This document shows positions 18,610 to 26,914 of a stretch of 64,000 nt of DNA, piece after piece. This stretch comes from Candidatus Falkowbacteria bacterium (GTDB taxonomy: Bacteria > Patescibacteriota > Patescibacteriia > CAIXNZ01). Both the position numbers and the translations under genes were made by a program. The notes beneath the pieces were generated by a model. That model made no database searches. It had not been told where the DNA came from and saw only the letters and a program-made list of their open reading frames with translations. Where the stretch lies: positions 383,779 through 447,778 of the forward strand of contig CAVZGV010000004.1 in NCBI GenBank assembly GCA_963774955.1, written 5' to 3'. Position 1 is the first letter of the stretch. Each line of letters begins with the position of its first letter.

Positions 18610-19686
18610 ATGGGTATTCTCAAGAATCTGGGGGAGAAGTTTTTAAATCATAAATTCCCTATGGTTGGTGTTGATATTTCCGACTCTTCCATTGAATTAA
18701 TGCAGCTGCGTGCAGGCCTGCAGCAACCGAAAATTAAAGCAGCGTATCGCGTAGAATTGCCGGAGGGCCTGATAGAGAAAGGCAGGATTTTGGATGTCGA
18801 TAAATTGGCGGAAATATTAAAAAAAGCTTTTAGCGCAGGCGAGTTTGTCAATAATTATTGTCTGTTATCTCTGCCTGATAAAGAAACTTTTTTTATAAAT
18901 TTAAAGCCAAATCAGGAGGCTGTTGATATAGAGGCCGCTATTTACAAGCAGGCTGAAGAAAGTTTGCCGGTGGAATTTAGCAAATGCTTAAGCGATTACC
19001 AGCTTGGTAGTGATAAGGAGGCTTTTTTTGTGGCTGCGCCAAAGGAGATTATTAGCCAGTATGTTGATTTGTTTAAAAAAGCGCAGTTAAATTTAGAAGT
19101 TGTTGACTTTGAGTCGGCTTGTTTAGCCCGGGCATTTTTAGGAAGTGAAAAACTAAACGAAGCAATTTTTATTATCGATTTGGGCGCAAAATCGACCGAT
19201 ATTCTGCTCTTGGATCAAAACGGCTTTGAAGACCAGATTAATATTGCCAGTGGCGGCTTCTTTCTAAATCAGAAAATAGCCGAGAATTTAAAAATTAATT
19301 TGAGACAAGCTGAGGAAATTAAAGTAAAACAGGGCTTAAAAAAATCTGATCTTAACGAACAGCAAATTATGGAGGAAATTTTCGGGCCGGCTATTTCTGA
19401 AATTAAAAATATGTCCGATGATTATGAAGCTAAACATAACCAAAAAGCCAAACATATTCTTTTGGCCGGTGGATCTAGTCAATTAAAGGGACTTGATGAT
19501 TTTTTTAAGTTGCAACTGTCTGATTTTAAGATTGAAAAAGGCTCTCTGGAAGCCGTTGTTGATTTTAAAGACTTTGCTCCTAAAATTGATAAAATCTTGT
19601 ACGCTAATGTGGTTGGTCTGGCTTTAAGGGGACTTTCTGCCGGTAGTTTAAATAATGGAATCAATTTAATTAAAAATTTAGTATAA
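18610..19686 (+). CDS. pilM: Type IV pilus assembly protein PilM (actin-like ATPase fold)
   Basis: VGVDISDSSIELMQL start, size 358 aa, pilus-operon context. Confidence 0.75.
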   Translation: MGILKNLGEKFLNHKFPMVGVDISDSSIELMQLRAGLQQPKIKAAYRVELPEGLIEKGRILDVDKLAEILKKAFSAGEFVNNYCLLSLPDKETFFINLKPNQEAVDIEAAIYKQAEESLPVEFSKCLSDYQLGSDKEAFFVAAPKEIISQYVDLFKKAQLNLEVVDFESACLARAFLGSEKLNEAIFIIDLGAKSTDILLLDQNGFEDQINIASGGFFLNQKIAENLKINLRQAEEIKVKQGLKKSDLNEQQIMEEIFGPAISEIKNMSDDYEAKHNQKAKHILLAGGSSQLKGLDDFFKLQLSDFKIEKGSLEAVVDFKDFAPKIDKILYANVVGLALRGLSAGSLNNGINLIKNLV

Positions 19687-19692
19687 AAAATT

Positions 19693-20130
19693 ATGTTCAA
19701 ACAAAAAGGTTTTACACTTATTGAACTTTTAGTGGTCCTAGGTATTATTGCTATTTTGGCCGCTATTGTCATTATCGCGGTTAATCCCGCCAGACAGTTT
19801 GCTATTTCTAGAAATACTGTTCGGGAGGCCAATGTCAATTCAATTTTGAGCGCATCCTGGCAATATGCCATTGCCAATCAGGGTAATTTACCCGCTGCAA
19901 TTACAGAAACATCTAATGAGATTTGTAAGACGGAAGCCGTAAGTTGTGCCGGTCTGGTTGATTTATCGGTTTTGACGGAAGATGGTATGTATATTGTAAA
20001 AATTCCCGAAGATCCGACTTCTAAGTCTGGAAATGGTACTGGTTATTTCATTCAAAAAATGACTAATGGCCGTTTGAAAGTAACAGCCCCAAGTGCAGAA
20101 TTAGATGATGTTATTGAAGTTCAGAATTAA
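19693..20130 (+). CDS. Type IV pilin (candidate major pilin)
   Basis: MFKQKG|FTLIELLVVLGIIAILAAIVIIAV. 145 aa, last gene of the operon. Confidence 0.75.
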   Translation: MFKQKGFTLIELLVVLGIIAILAAIVIIAVNPARQFAISRNTVREANVNSILSASWQYAIANQGNLPAAITETSNEICKTEAVSCAGLVDLSVLTEDGMYIVKIPEDPTSKSGNGTGYFIQKMTNGRLKVTAPSAELDDVIEVQN

Positions 20131-20170
20131 GCATAAAGAAAAGTCATCCCAGGTGCGAGGGGTTTTCTTT

Positions 20171-20212
20171 TTTAAAAAAAACCTCGGGAAAGTTCCCGAG
20201 GTTTTGTTTTTA
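20171..20212. terminator. Bidirectional rho-independent terminator between the pilin gene (+) and the L,D-transpeptidase gene (-)
   Basis: aaaaaaaacctcggg-aaagtt-cccgaggttttgttttt. Confidence 0.6.
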
Positions 20213-21088
20213 GGGATAGGGTTTGATTGTGACCCTAGTCCTGACTTGAATGAAGTTTTTGCTCAGCCATTCGGCATCCGAGTAGAATAAGCGGACACAG
20301 CCATGGCTGGCATTGGCTCCTGGCAAATTGCCTGCATGAAAGGCATAATTTTCCTGAAAGAACATGGCATACGGCATACTGGCGCAGTTTGAGCCAGTGC
20401 AGCCTTTGGGGTAACGACTAGATCTATACTTCGGACCTTCTTTGCGAATGATCCGAAATTCTCCCACCCTGGTTCGGCAGGAACGACCGACATCAGCGCA
20501 ATAATCTTTACCGCCCACACCAGGCCCCCAGCGTACAAGCTTTCCGGCTTCGTTATAGGCGGCATAGGCAAGCAGGTTTGGATCCCAGATGATTAATTTT
20601 TCACCCAGCGTGTCCGTGAAGTAGGGAAAGGGTGAATAATCCATGAAGGTTTTGTCCTTCATCTTCCTGGGAACTGCCAGTTCATCGCCTTTTTTCAGCT
20701 TGATGTTTCGACGGTTAATTTTCATGACAATTTCGCGTTCAAGGGTATTGCCCCAGAGAATTTCCCATGATTCCAGGACTTCTTTGTCTTGAAGTTTAAC
20801 GCCTACTTCTGTTTCCACCTGGTCGGTGATTACGGTTATGACGACAGTATGACAGAAAAAGTTGACCGTATCCCCGCAAAGTTCAGTCCCATATTTTTTT
20901 GTGAGAATTTCAGGTTTGATCGGGGCGATGCTTTGCATTGTGTTGCCGTCTTGTATTTCATCTGTGGCTGGGGGTAGCGGCAGGGAAGAGCATTGATTCG
21001 CTTCTTCCTCTTCCAGTTGAGCGTAAATAAATAAAGGAACAATCAGGAGCGCGCACATAAAGAGCATTACCAGCCAGACTTTTTTCAT
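20210..21088 (-). CDS. L,D-transpeptidase (YkuD domain), secreted
   Basis: Signal peptide and catalytic motif HAGNLPGANASHGCVRL. Confidence 0.8.
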   Translation of the reverse strand: MKKVWLVMLFMCALLIVPLFIYAQLEEEEANQCSSLPLPPATDEIQDGNTMQSIAPIKPEILTKKYGTELCGDTVNFFCHTVVITVITDQVETEVGVKLQDKEVLESWEILWGNTLEREIVMKINRRNIKLKKGDELAVPRKMKDKTFMDYSPFPYFTDTLGEKLIIWDPNLLAYAAYNEAGKLVRWGPGVGGKDYCADVGRSCRTRVGEFRIIRKEGPKYRSSRYPKGCTGSNCASMPYAMFFQENYAFHAGNLPGANASHGCVRLFYSDAEWLSKNFIQVRTRVTIKPYP

Positions 21089-21170
21089 CGACTTCTCCTT
21101 TTAATTGAAAATCGTAGCCCTGACGATACTTTTCCTATATAATTAGCAAATATTTTTTTAAATGTCAATG

Positions 21171-21231
21171 GTCGGGCTGACGGGACTTGCCCGCCAGCGG
21201 CGGGTCCGCCTTTGGCGGAAACCCACCGATC
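21171..21231 (-). repeat. tRNA-Pro-associated element: twin GC tetraloop hairpins (CCGCC-AAAG-GCGG, CCGCC-GCUG-GCGG) followed by a partial copy of the tRNA-Pro 3' end
   Basis: Read on the minus strand: GTTTCCGCCAAAGGCGGACCCGCCGCTGGCGGGCAAGTCCCGTCAGCCCGACC, where the tRNA 3' end is ..CAAGTCCCGCCAGCCCGACCA. Homologous copies lie at 27283-27335 and 33826-33866. Confidence 0.5.
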
Positions 21232-21235
21232 GTAT

Positions 21236-21311
21236 TGGTCGGGCTGGCGGGACTTGAACCCACGACCTCATCGTCCCGAACGATGCGCGCTACCAACTGC
21301 GCTACAGCCCG
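21236..21311 (-). tRNA. tRNA-Pro (anticodon CGG)
   Basis: Reverse complement folds canonically: CGGGCTG-TA-GCGC-AGTTGGTA-GCGC-G-CATCG-TTCGGGA-CGATG-AGGTC-GTGGG-TTCAAGT-CCCGC-CAGCCCG-ACCA. Confidence 0.85.
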
Positions 21312-21430
21312 TAATGTCTTGTTTGATTGTAATTTTATTTTCCGCAGTTGGTTCGGTTCTTATCACTCGTCTCTTTCCCAACTGCCTGTCCGCCGAAGCT
21401 TTAGCGGAGGCGGGCGCTACAGCCCGTTTA
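21312..21430 (-). repeat. Upstream unit of tRNA-Pro(CGG): ~118-nt structured element ending in a second copy of the tRNA 5'-terminal 13 nt (CGGGCTGTAGCGC at 21418-21430)
   Basis: gcgctacagcccg occurs at 21299-21311 (tRNA 5' end) and again at 21418-21430. It is homologous to the 118-bp units upstream of tRNA-Pro(GGG) (shared gcagttgg..ccaactgc stem and ccgccgaagc hairpin). Confidence 0.4.
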
Positions 21431-21559
21431 GCTATGATGTAAGGTATATTAACAAAGATTCGTATAATTTTCAACCTTGAAATAATAGTTTAAATAATGT
21501 AAAATATAAATAAGCCGCATTTATGATTAATTTCGGCTTTTATATTTAAAATAATCATT

Positions 21560-21910
21560 ATGATTAAAAAAATTGTAGTTTGTGTTTTTTTAGGGACAAT
21601 TTTATTCGGTTTAGTTGGTTGCCAAAATTCAGATTCAGGCAAAATGATTTTTTATTACAGCTTGACCTGTCCGCATTGTAAAAATGTAGAAAAATATATT
21701 GAAGAAAATAATGTTAAGGCTAAAGTTACCTTTGAAGCTAAAGAAGTTTCAGAAAACAAGGATAATGCCGCTGAATTTGCAGATAAAGTAGCAAAGTGCG
21801 GAATCAAGCCTGAAGAAGCAGGAGTCCCTTTGTTTTGGGACGGCTCTACCTGTTTTGTCGGCGATGAACCAATAATTAATTACTTTTTTACCAAAATTAA
21901 TGAAAAATAA
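21560..21910 (+). CDS. Thioredoxin-fold lipoprotein (CPHC active site), DsbA/glutaredoxin-like
   Basis: Lipoprotein signal LVGC followed by YYSLTCPHCKNVEKY. Confidence 0.6.
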   Translation: MIKKIVVCVFLGTILFGLVGCQNSDSGKMIFYYSLTCPHCKNVEKYIEENNVKAKVTFEAKEVSENKDNAAEFADKVAKCGIKPEEAGVPLFWDGSTCFVGDEPIINYFFTKINEK

Positions 21911-22409
21911 ACTTTTATATCTATTGGCAATATATGCCAGCTTTTTAATTGCCAAGCCGTCTTTAGCGGTTTGTCCGGTTTGCGCTGTAGCAGTCGGAGC
22001 AGGCTTGGGATTTTCACGTTGGCTGGGCGTTGATGATTTGATTACTGGTAGCTGGGTCGGCGGTGTTTTAGTAACAATCAGTTGGTGGACAGTTGAATGG
22101 TTGAACAGCAAACAGATTAAATTCAAAGGCCGAAAGATTTTAATAACATTAGCTTATTACTCATTGACCATAGTGCCTTTGTATTATATAGGTATTATGG
22201 GGCACATATATAATCAATTTTGGGGCATTGATAAATTGCTTTTAGGCATAATTGTCGGTACTGTCGGTTTTTTTGGGGGATCAATGCTAAATCTATGGCT
22301 AAAAAAGAAAAATGGGGGTAAAGTATATATAAAGTTTCAAAGAGTCTTAATTCCGGTAGCTATTTTGCTTTTAATTAGTTTAGCCTGGTACTTAATTTTA
22401 ACAATTTAA
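21900..22409 (+). CDS. Integral membrane protein with CPVC motif (possible disulfide-bond partner of the upstream thioredoxin-like protein)
   Basis: 4-5 TM helices. AVCPVCAVAVG motif near the N-terminus. Overlaps the upstream gene stop by 11 nt. Confidence 0.45.
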   Translation: MKNKLLYLLAIYASFLIAKPSLAVCPVCAVAVGAGLGFSRWLGVDDLITGSWVGGVLVTISWWTVEWLNSKQIKFKGRKILITLAYYSLTIVPLYYIGIMGHIYNQFWGIDKLLLGIIVGTVGFFGGSMLNLWLKKKNGGKVYIKFQRVLIPVAILLLISLAWYLILTI

Positions 22410-22479
22410 CATTCGTATATTCTTATTATAATTAGTCCCGCATAGCGGGAAGCTGCTTCGCGGCTTAATTCGTATTATT

Positions 22480-23016
22480 ATGGAAAATAACCAGGATCTA
22501 AATAAAAAGATAGACGATTTCGTAGCCAAGGCCAATGCCAGCAAAACTGACAAATTAGATCTGTCTTCTGATGAGGATTTATCGATTGCGATCATGAATT
22601 TGATTTCAATTGAGGAGCATTTTTTCTTTACCGCGGAAAAAACCGGCAAACCGGAATATTTTGATCTGCTTAAGCAGGTTCGCGAAATGCGCAAAGAATT
22701 GCTTAAAAAGATTATCAAGGAATATGAAGGCGAAGTCTGGTGTATCTCAAAGCATCTTTTAGCAGCCTCTATGCGTTTAATGGAAGTCGGTACCAAACAA
22801 TTGGGTCAGGGCAAAAAAGAAGAAGCGGAAAAGCTCTTTAAAAATGCTTACGAATTATATTCTTTATTTTGGGGTCTTAATCTAAAGCTAATTAATTTGG
22901 GCGAAGTAAAAGGTTTAGCTGACGGTCAATTGAATAAAAAGGATACTGAGAAAAAAGGCGTCTTGGGTGCTTTGGGTAAATTAGTGCAAAAGGTGATTGA
23001 TTGTTGCATGGAATAA
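22480..23016 (+). CDS. Hypothetical protein (178 aa)
   Basis: Clean ORF, K/E-rich, no recognisable motif. Followed by a perfect palindromic terminator. Confidence 0.5.
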   Translation: MENNQDLNKKIDDFVAKANASKTDKLDLSSDEDLSIAIMNLISIEEHFFFTAEKTGKPEYFDLLKQVREMRKELLKKIIKEYEGEVWCISKHLLAASMRLMEVGTKQLGQGKKEEAEKLFKNAYELYSLFWGLNLKLINLGEVKGLADGQLNKKDTEKKGVLGALGKLVQKVIDCCME

Positions 23017-23035
23017 AAAAATCGGCAATTTATAC

Positions 23036-23070
23036 ATAAATTTGTAGGGAACGTTCTAGAACGTTCCCTA
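23036..23070 (+). terminator. Rho-independent terminator (perfect palindrome)
   Basis: tagggaacgttc-ta-gaacgttcccta followed by tattttttt. Confidence 0.6.
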
Positions 23071-23261
23071 TATTTTTTTATTGGCTATGCTTGCCACAAA
23101 CCGTGGATATTGCAAGAAAGTTTTTTGTATGTTAACTTGTTAAAAAAGTAGGGGGAGGTGTACATATTAAAAATATTTAAAATATTATAAATATAGAAAG
23201 CTGGTGTGAAATATTAGGTTATAGTTGCAACAATGATCGAAATCAAACAGGAGGAGGGAAA

Positions 23262-23843
23262 ATGCGCAGACCAAATGAAAAAAAATTTCTCGGCTGGGGG
23301 CTTTTAGGGGTTTTACTTTCAGTCATTGAGTGGGTTAATTATTGTGGGGTTAAGGAAATCAGGGGCGGTTATTATGTCAGCTGTTCTGGTTCTCCGACTG
23401 TCTCACAGCTTACAAAAAAGAGCGGATTAAAGATTGCGCACAGCGGAGTTTATGAAAAGCTGAGAAACAAAAAAATGTCGGACCAGCCAGATATTGAATT
23501 GTTCCTGGTGCATCTGAATAGGATAGTTGGCCTTGATGGAGTTCTTTTTGTTTTGTCCGCACTTGGCTTTGAATCTTCCAACTGGGCACACTTAATTTTA
23601 TTTGGTTCAATGTTTCCAGATGTACAAAAGGAGTTTCCGGTGTTTGCTTTGGGTACATGCCTGTCATATTTTTGGGCTGGCCAGGAGTATCTTTACCTTT
23701 TTGTTGACAAAGATGTTCGCATTTTTGGCGCCACAGATAAAATGGGTAATGAGCATTATACTACGGAATTCAGAAAGTTTACTCGCTTTCTGGTTGTGCG
23801 TACAGCCAAGCGCCCTGCTTCAGAGGTTACTCAATGGGGTTAA
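23262..23843 (+). CDS. Hypothetical protein (193 aa)
   Basis: Consensus SD (caggaggagggaaaATG), unusual for this genome. No recognisable motif. Confidence 0.5.
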   Translation: MRRPNEKKFLGWGLLGVLLSVIEWVNYCGVKEIRGGYYVSCSGSPTVSQLTKKSGLKIAHSGVYEKLRNKKMSDQPDIELFLVHLNRIVGLDGVLFVLSALGFESSNWAHLILFGSMFPDVQKEFPVFALGTCLSYFWAGQEYLYLFVDKDVRIFGATDKMGNEHYTTEFRKFTRFLVVRTAKRPASEVTQWG

Positions 23844-23964
23844 GTTCCTTTCTGGTTCTAATGCTGTTCGGAGTATATCCGAACAGCTTTTTATTTATTT
23901 TAAAAAAAGAGAACCCTGTTGGAGTTCTCTTCTTTGTTTATAAACAAGCCGATTTTTTTAGATT

Positions 23965-24351
23965 TTAATTTTCATTTTCCCACAAGCCATGGATATTACA
24001 GTAAATTCTGGCTGTGATTTTTTCAGCTTTGATGCAGAATTCCGCTTCCGGCGCCATGCCAGGCTTGAGAAATTGCTTATAACTGACTCCATCAACCAAA
24101 ATTTCAATCCATTCAATATAATGAGCGTCTTCCATGGGATGGGGGACAGAACCGACTTTGATTTTATAACCTGAGTCGGTTTTTTCAATTACCGGCACGT
24201 GTTTTTCTTTGCCTTCATTTTCTTTAGCATGAGGTTGTAATAGCTCCATTTCTTTACCACAGCAAACTAGGATACCGCCGCCGACATGATTGACTTCGAC
24301 AATATTGCCGCAGACAGAGCATTTATAAATTTCATTGATTTCTTTGACCAT
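23965..24351 (-). CDS. dfx: Desulfoferrodoxin / superoxide reductase (N-terminal desulforedoxin + neelaredoxin domain)
   Basis: [12 protein letters not shown]...VCCGKEM (centre I) and HVPVIE..H..H.IEWIE (centre II). 128 aa. Confidence 0.8.
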   Translation of the reverse strand: MVKEINEIYKCSVCGNIVEVNHVGGGILVCCGKEMELLQPHAKENEGKEKHVPVIEKTDSGYKIKVGSVPHPMEDAHYIEWIEILVDGVSYKQFLKPGMAPEAEFCIKAEKITARIYCNIHGLWENEN

Positions 24352-24375
24352 ATTTTTATATAGGGGAATAGCGTC

Positions 24376-24411
24376 CGGAGCTAAGCTCCGAAGCTTCGGA
24401 GCTTAGCTCCG
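24376..24411. promoter_or_regulatory. 36-bp perfect palindrome made of two self-palindromic 15-mers around AAGCTT, between rbr and dfx
   Basis: cggagctaagctccg-aagctt-cggagcttagctccg. No T-tract follows on the transcribed (minus) strand, so it is not a classical terminator. It may be an operator or an RNA processing/stability hairpin. Confidence 0.35.
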
Positions 24412-24419
24412 TTTGTTCA

Positions 24420-25001
24420 TTAGTACGTCTCGCATTTAACCTGATAAAAGGCCTTTTCATGATCGCAAGAAGGACATCTTTGTGGCGGTGTTTTGCCTTT
24501 ATGAACATAACCGCATTCACGGCAGACCCATTCGGTTTCTTCTTCTTTTTTAAAGACAGTCTCGGCTTTAACTTCTTTAAGGATTTTCAAATAGCGTTCT
24601 TCATGGTGCATTTCAGCTTTGGCGATTGAACGTAGTCGAGCGGCGATATCCTTCAAGCCTTCTTTTTCAGCTAGATCAGCAAATTCAGGGTACATGGTCG
24701 TATATTCCCAGTTTTCACCGGCAATGGCTGCTTCCAGGTTTTCAGCTGTGGTGCCATACGTAGTCGGCACTTCTGATTCAACAATTATTTTTTCTAAGTC
24801 TTTACGGTCAGCTTTTAGTTGCTTAATTAATTTAAACAGCCAGCTGGCGTGTTCACGTTCATTGTCAGCAGTGATTAAAAAGATTTCCGCAATTTGTTCA
24901 TAACCTTCTTTTTTGGCAACTTTGCTATACAGGGTATAGCGGTTTCTGGCCATTGATTCGCCGATAAAGGCTTTGGCCAGGTTTTTTATGGTTTCTTGCA
25001 T
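24420..25001 (-). CDS. rbr: Rubrerythrin (ferritin-like di-iron domain + C-terminal rubredoxin-like CxxC...CxxC)
   Basis: E..EH di-iron motifs and C-terminal CRECGYVHKG...CPSCDH. Confidence 0.85.
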   Translation of the reverse strand: MQETIKNLAKAFIGESMARNRYTLYSKVAKKEGYEQIAEIFLITADNEREHASWLFKLIKQLKADRKDLEKIIVESEVPTTYGTTAENLEAAIAGENWEYTTMYPEFADLAEKEGLKDIAARLRSIAKAEMHHEERYLKILKEVKAETVFKKEEETEWVCRECGYVHKGKTPPQRCPSCDHEKAFYQVKCETY

Positions 25002-25020
25002 AGAGGGTTGGGTTTAATAA

Positions 25021-26286
25021 TTAGGGTTGCAATATGTCTTCAGTCCTTCCGTTAATGGATATAACCACTTTTTTAATAGTTGAAAATTGCTTTAAGGTCT
25101 CTTGTATTTGGGCGCTGATTGCTGTCACCCGGCAGGAACCTCCGACTTGGGAATCCAGAGTTTCATCAAAGTCAGCATAAGCTGTGTCGTCTTTAATCGT
25201 TATTTTCTGCAGCTTTACGCCGGTATTTATGGAAGTAAAATATTTTTGCTCTAGTTCGGCCTGCGTCGGGCCTTTTAATAGTTCTTCCAGGGCTATCTGG
25301 GCTGTAGTTTGGGTTTTAGCGATCTGTCGTTCAACCGAAAAGACTTTGCTGCAATCTGCAGCCCCTGGATTTTTCTGTTCATTGCCAAAAAAAACTTTGA
25401 TTGTCATTGATTCAGATCCCTGAATGATAACAGGTATGGTAATTTGCACCAAAGGATCAAAATCCGCGGCTCTGGCCTTTTCCAGAATAATATAAGCTTT
25501 GAAAGGGTTTTGTGAAATATACTGCAGCTTGGCTTCAAACGGCGTAAATTTACCTGCCAGGCCATTATCCATCCAGTTAATGTCTGTGGCTTTAGCATAA
25601 GTGCTTAAAAGCTCTTCGTTGGTTTCATTAATAATTTTGACCGGGAAATCACCTTCAAAATACCAGTCTTTAGTTTCACCCTTGAGCGTAAAAGGCAGGT
25701 TAATTATCTCATTTGCTTTAAGGTTAAGGTTCTTTATACCCAGATTTTCCGCGCCTCTTAATTTGACGGGGATTTCTATTTTTTCTTCATTTTCTGGCAA
25801 GCCTGAGGGATTATCATTCATAAGAATTAAAGTACCGGCTTGATCTTGCAGGACATAATATCTGATGGTAGCAGTAAAAGGCACCCAATCTTCAGTCATC
25901 CAGTCGCTTTGCGCTTGGGCAATGCTAGTTGTGATTTCTTGGCCGCTTTCATCAAGTAATTTGATCGGGAAACTACCTTCGAAATACCAGAGCCTGGCCT
26001 CTCCTTTTAAGGTGAAAGGGCTGGTAATTAGATCATTCTCTTTGAGATTAAGTTCGTCTAATTTAACATTAGGCTCTTTTGAAGGTGATTGATTGATGTT
26101 TGCGTTAGCATTGTTGCCGCAACTAGAAGTCGGCATTGCCGCGCTTGGATTGCCGTGCTTTACCCAGACACCGTTTTGACACAGCCAGGTATCTTCAGTC
26201 GAAAATTTAAAATAAGTAATGGTGCCCAAGGCCAGAATAATTACAATGGCCAGAGCTGTTAAAATGATTTGAATTTGTTTGGACAT
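25021..26286 (-). CDS. Membrane-anchored GerMN-domain protein with two Gmad2 (Ig-like) domains
   Basis: N-terminal TM segment. Duplicated ..SPFTLKGEARLWYFEGSFPIKL.. modules. The C-terminus (ALEELLKGPTQAELE..GV.L.KITIKDDTAYADF) matches the GerMN pattern. Confidence 0.6.
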   Translation of the reverse strand: MSKQIQIILTALAIVIILALGTITYFKFSTEDTWLCQNGVWVKHGNPSAAMPTSSCGNNANANINQSPSKEPNVKLDELNLKENDLITSPFTLKGEARLWYFEGSFPIKLLDESGQEITTSIAQAQSDWMTEDWVPFTATIRYYVLQDQAGTLILMNDNPSGLPENEEKIEIPVKLRGAENLGIKNLNLKANEIINLPFTLKGETKDWYFEGDFPVKIINETNEELLSTYAKATDINWMDNGLAGKFTPFEAKLQYISQNPFKAYIILEKARAADFDPLVQITIPVIIQGSESMTIKVFFGNEQKNPGAADCSKVFSVERQIAKTQTTAQIALEELLKGPTQAELEQKYFTSINTGVKLQKITIKDDTAYADFDETLDSQVGGSCRVTAISAQIQETLKQFSTIKKVVISINGRTEDILQP

Positions 26287-26301
26287 AATAATATTTAATA
26301 T

Positions 26302-26889
26302 TTATTTGAATTCAATTTTTACTTGCCAATTAGGCGCGGCTAAGCTGATTAAGCGTTCAATTTCTTTGAGGGTATTGATTTTAGCGTCAGCCACCAAATT
26401 TTCCTGGTTGGCAGTAACTTGTGCCTGTTCTTTCAATTTACCAAAGGCCAAATTATAGCCGTCGTCATTGTTAAAGATTTTTTTTAAAATGCCTTGGGTA
26501 TTTTTTAATTCAATATCGCCAATTAATTCCGTACTCTGAATTTCAATCGCCGGCAATTTTATGCTTATTTGTTTAGCTGCCAGGGTAACATCTTCAGCAT
26601 TCAATTTAGTTAAATTTACTCCGGAACTTACTTTCATCACGGCGCTGGCTTCGATTTCCTGACCCCAGAAAAAATCCTTCCACATGACCCCTGTATTTTT
26701 ATCAATCGTCACTTTTTGATCCAAAATATAGGTTTGGGTAATTAAAAAGCCTTCATTTTTTAGGGTTTGTAAAATAGTCTGGGAATTAATTTGTTCTTTA
26801 ATAATTTGGGGCCTGAAAATTAAATAGCCGAAAGAGATACCCAAAACAAAAATTATTATAATCAGAGCCAGGGTTAAATAATATTTCAT
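26302..26889 (-). CDS. Hypothetical membrane-anchored protein (195 aa; DUF4230-like architecture)
   Basis: Single N-terminal TM helix followed by a soluble domain. No catalytic motif. Confidence 0.5.
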   Translation of the reverse strand: MKYYLTLALIIIIFVLGISFGYLIFRPQIIKEQINSQTILQTLKNEGFLITQTYILDQKVTIDKNTGVMWKDFFWGQEIEASAVMKVSSGVNLTKLNAEDVTLAAKQISIKLPAIEIQSTELIGDIELKNTQGILKKIFNNDDGYNLAFGKLKEQAQVTANQENLVADAKINTLKEIERLISLAAPNWQVKIEFK

Positions 26890-26914
26890 GTTGTTTTATT
26901 TAAATAATTAAGTT

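Noticed and set aside
20263-20571. 102-aa minus-strand ORF overlapping the L,D-transpeptidase gene in another frame
   Set aside because: It is nested within a well-supported CDS (YkuD motifs in the other frame) and has no independent signals.
21187-21480. Plus-strand ORFs 21187-21480 and 21212-21442 and minus-strand ORF 21268-21474
   Set aside because: They overlap tRNA-Pro(CGG) and its structured flanks, and their SAFGG-type peptides derive from the GC hairpins.
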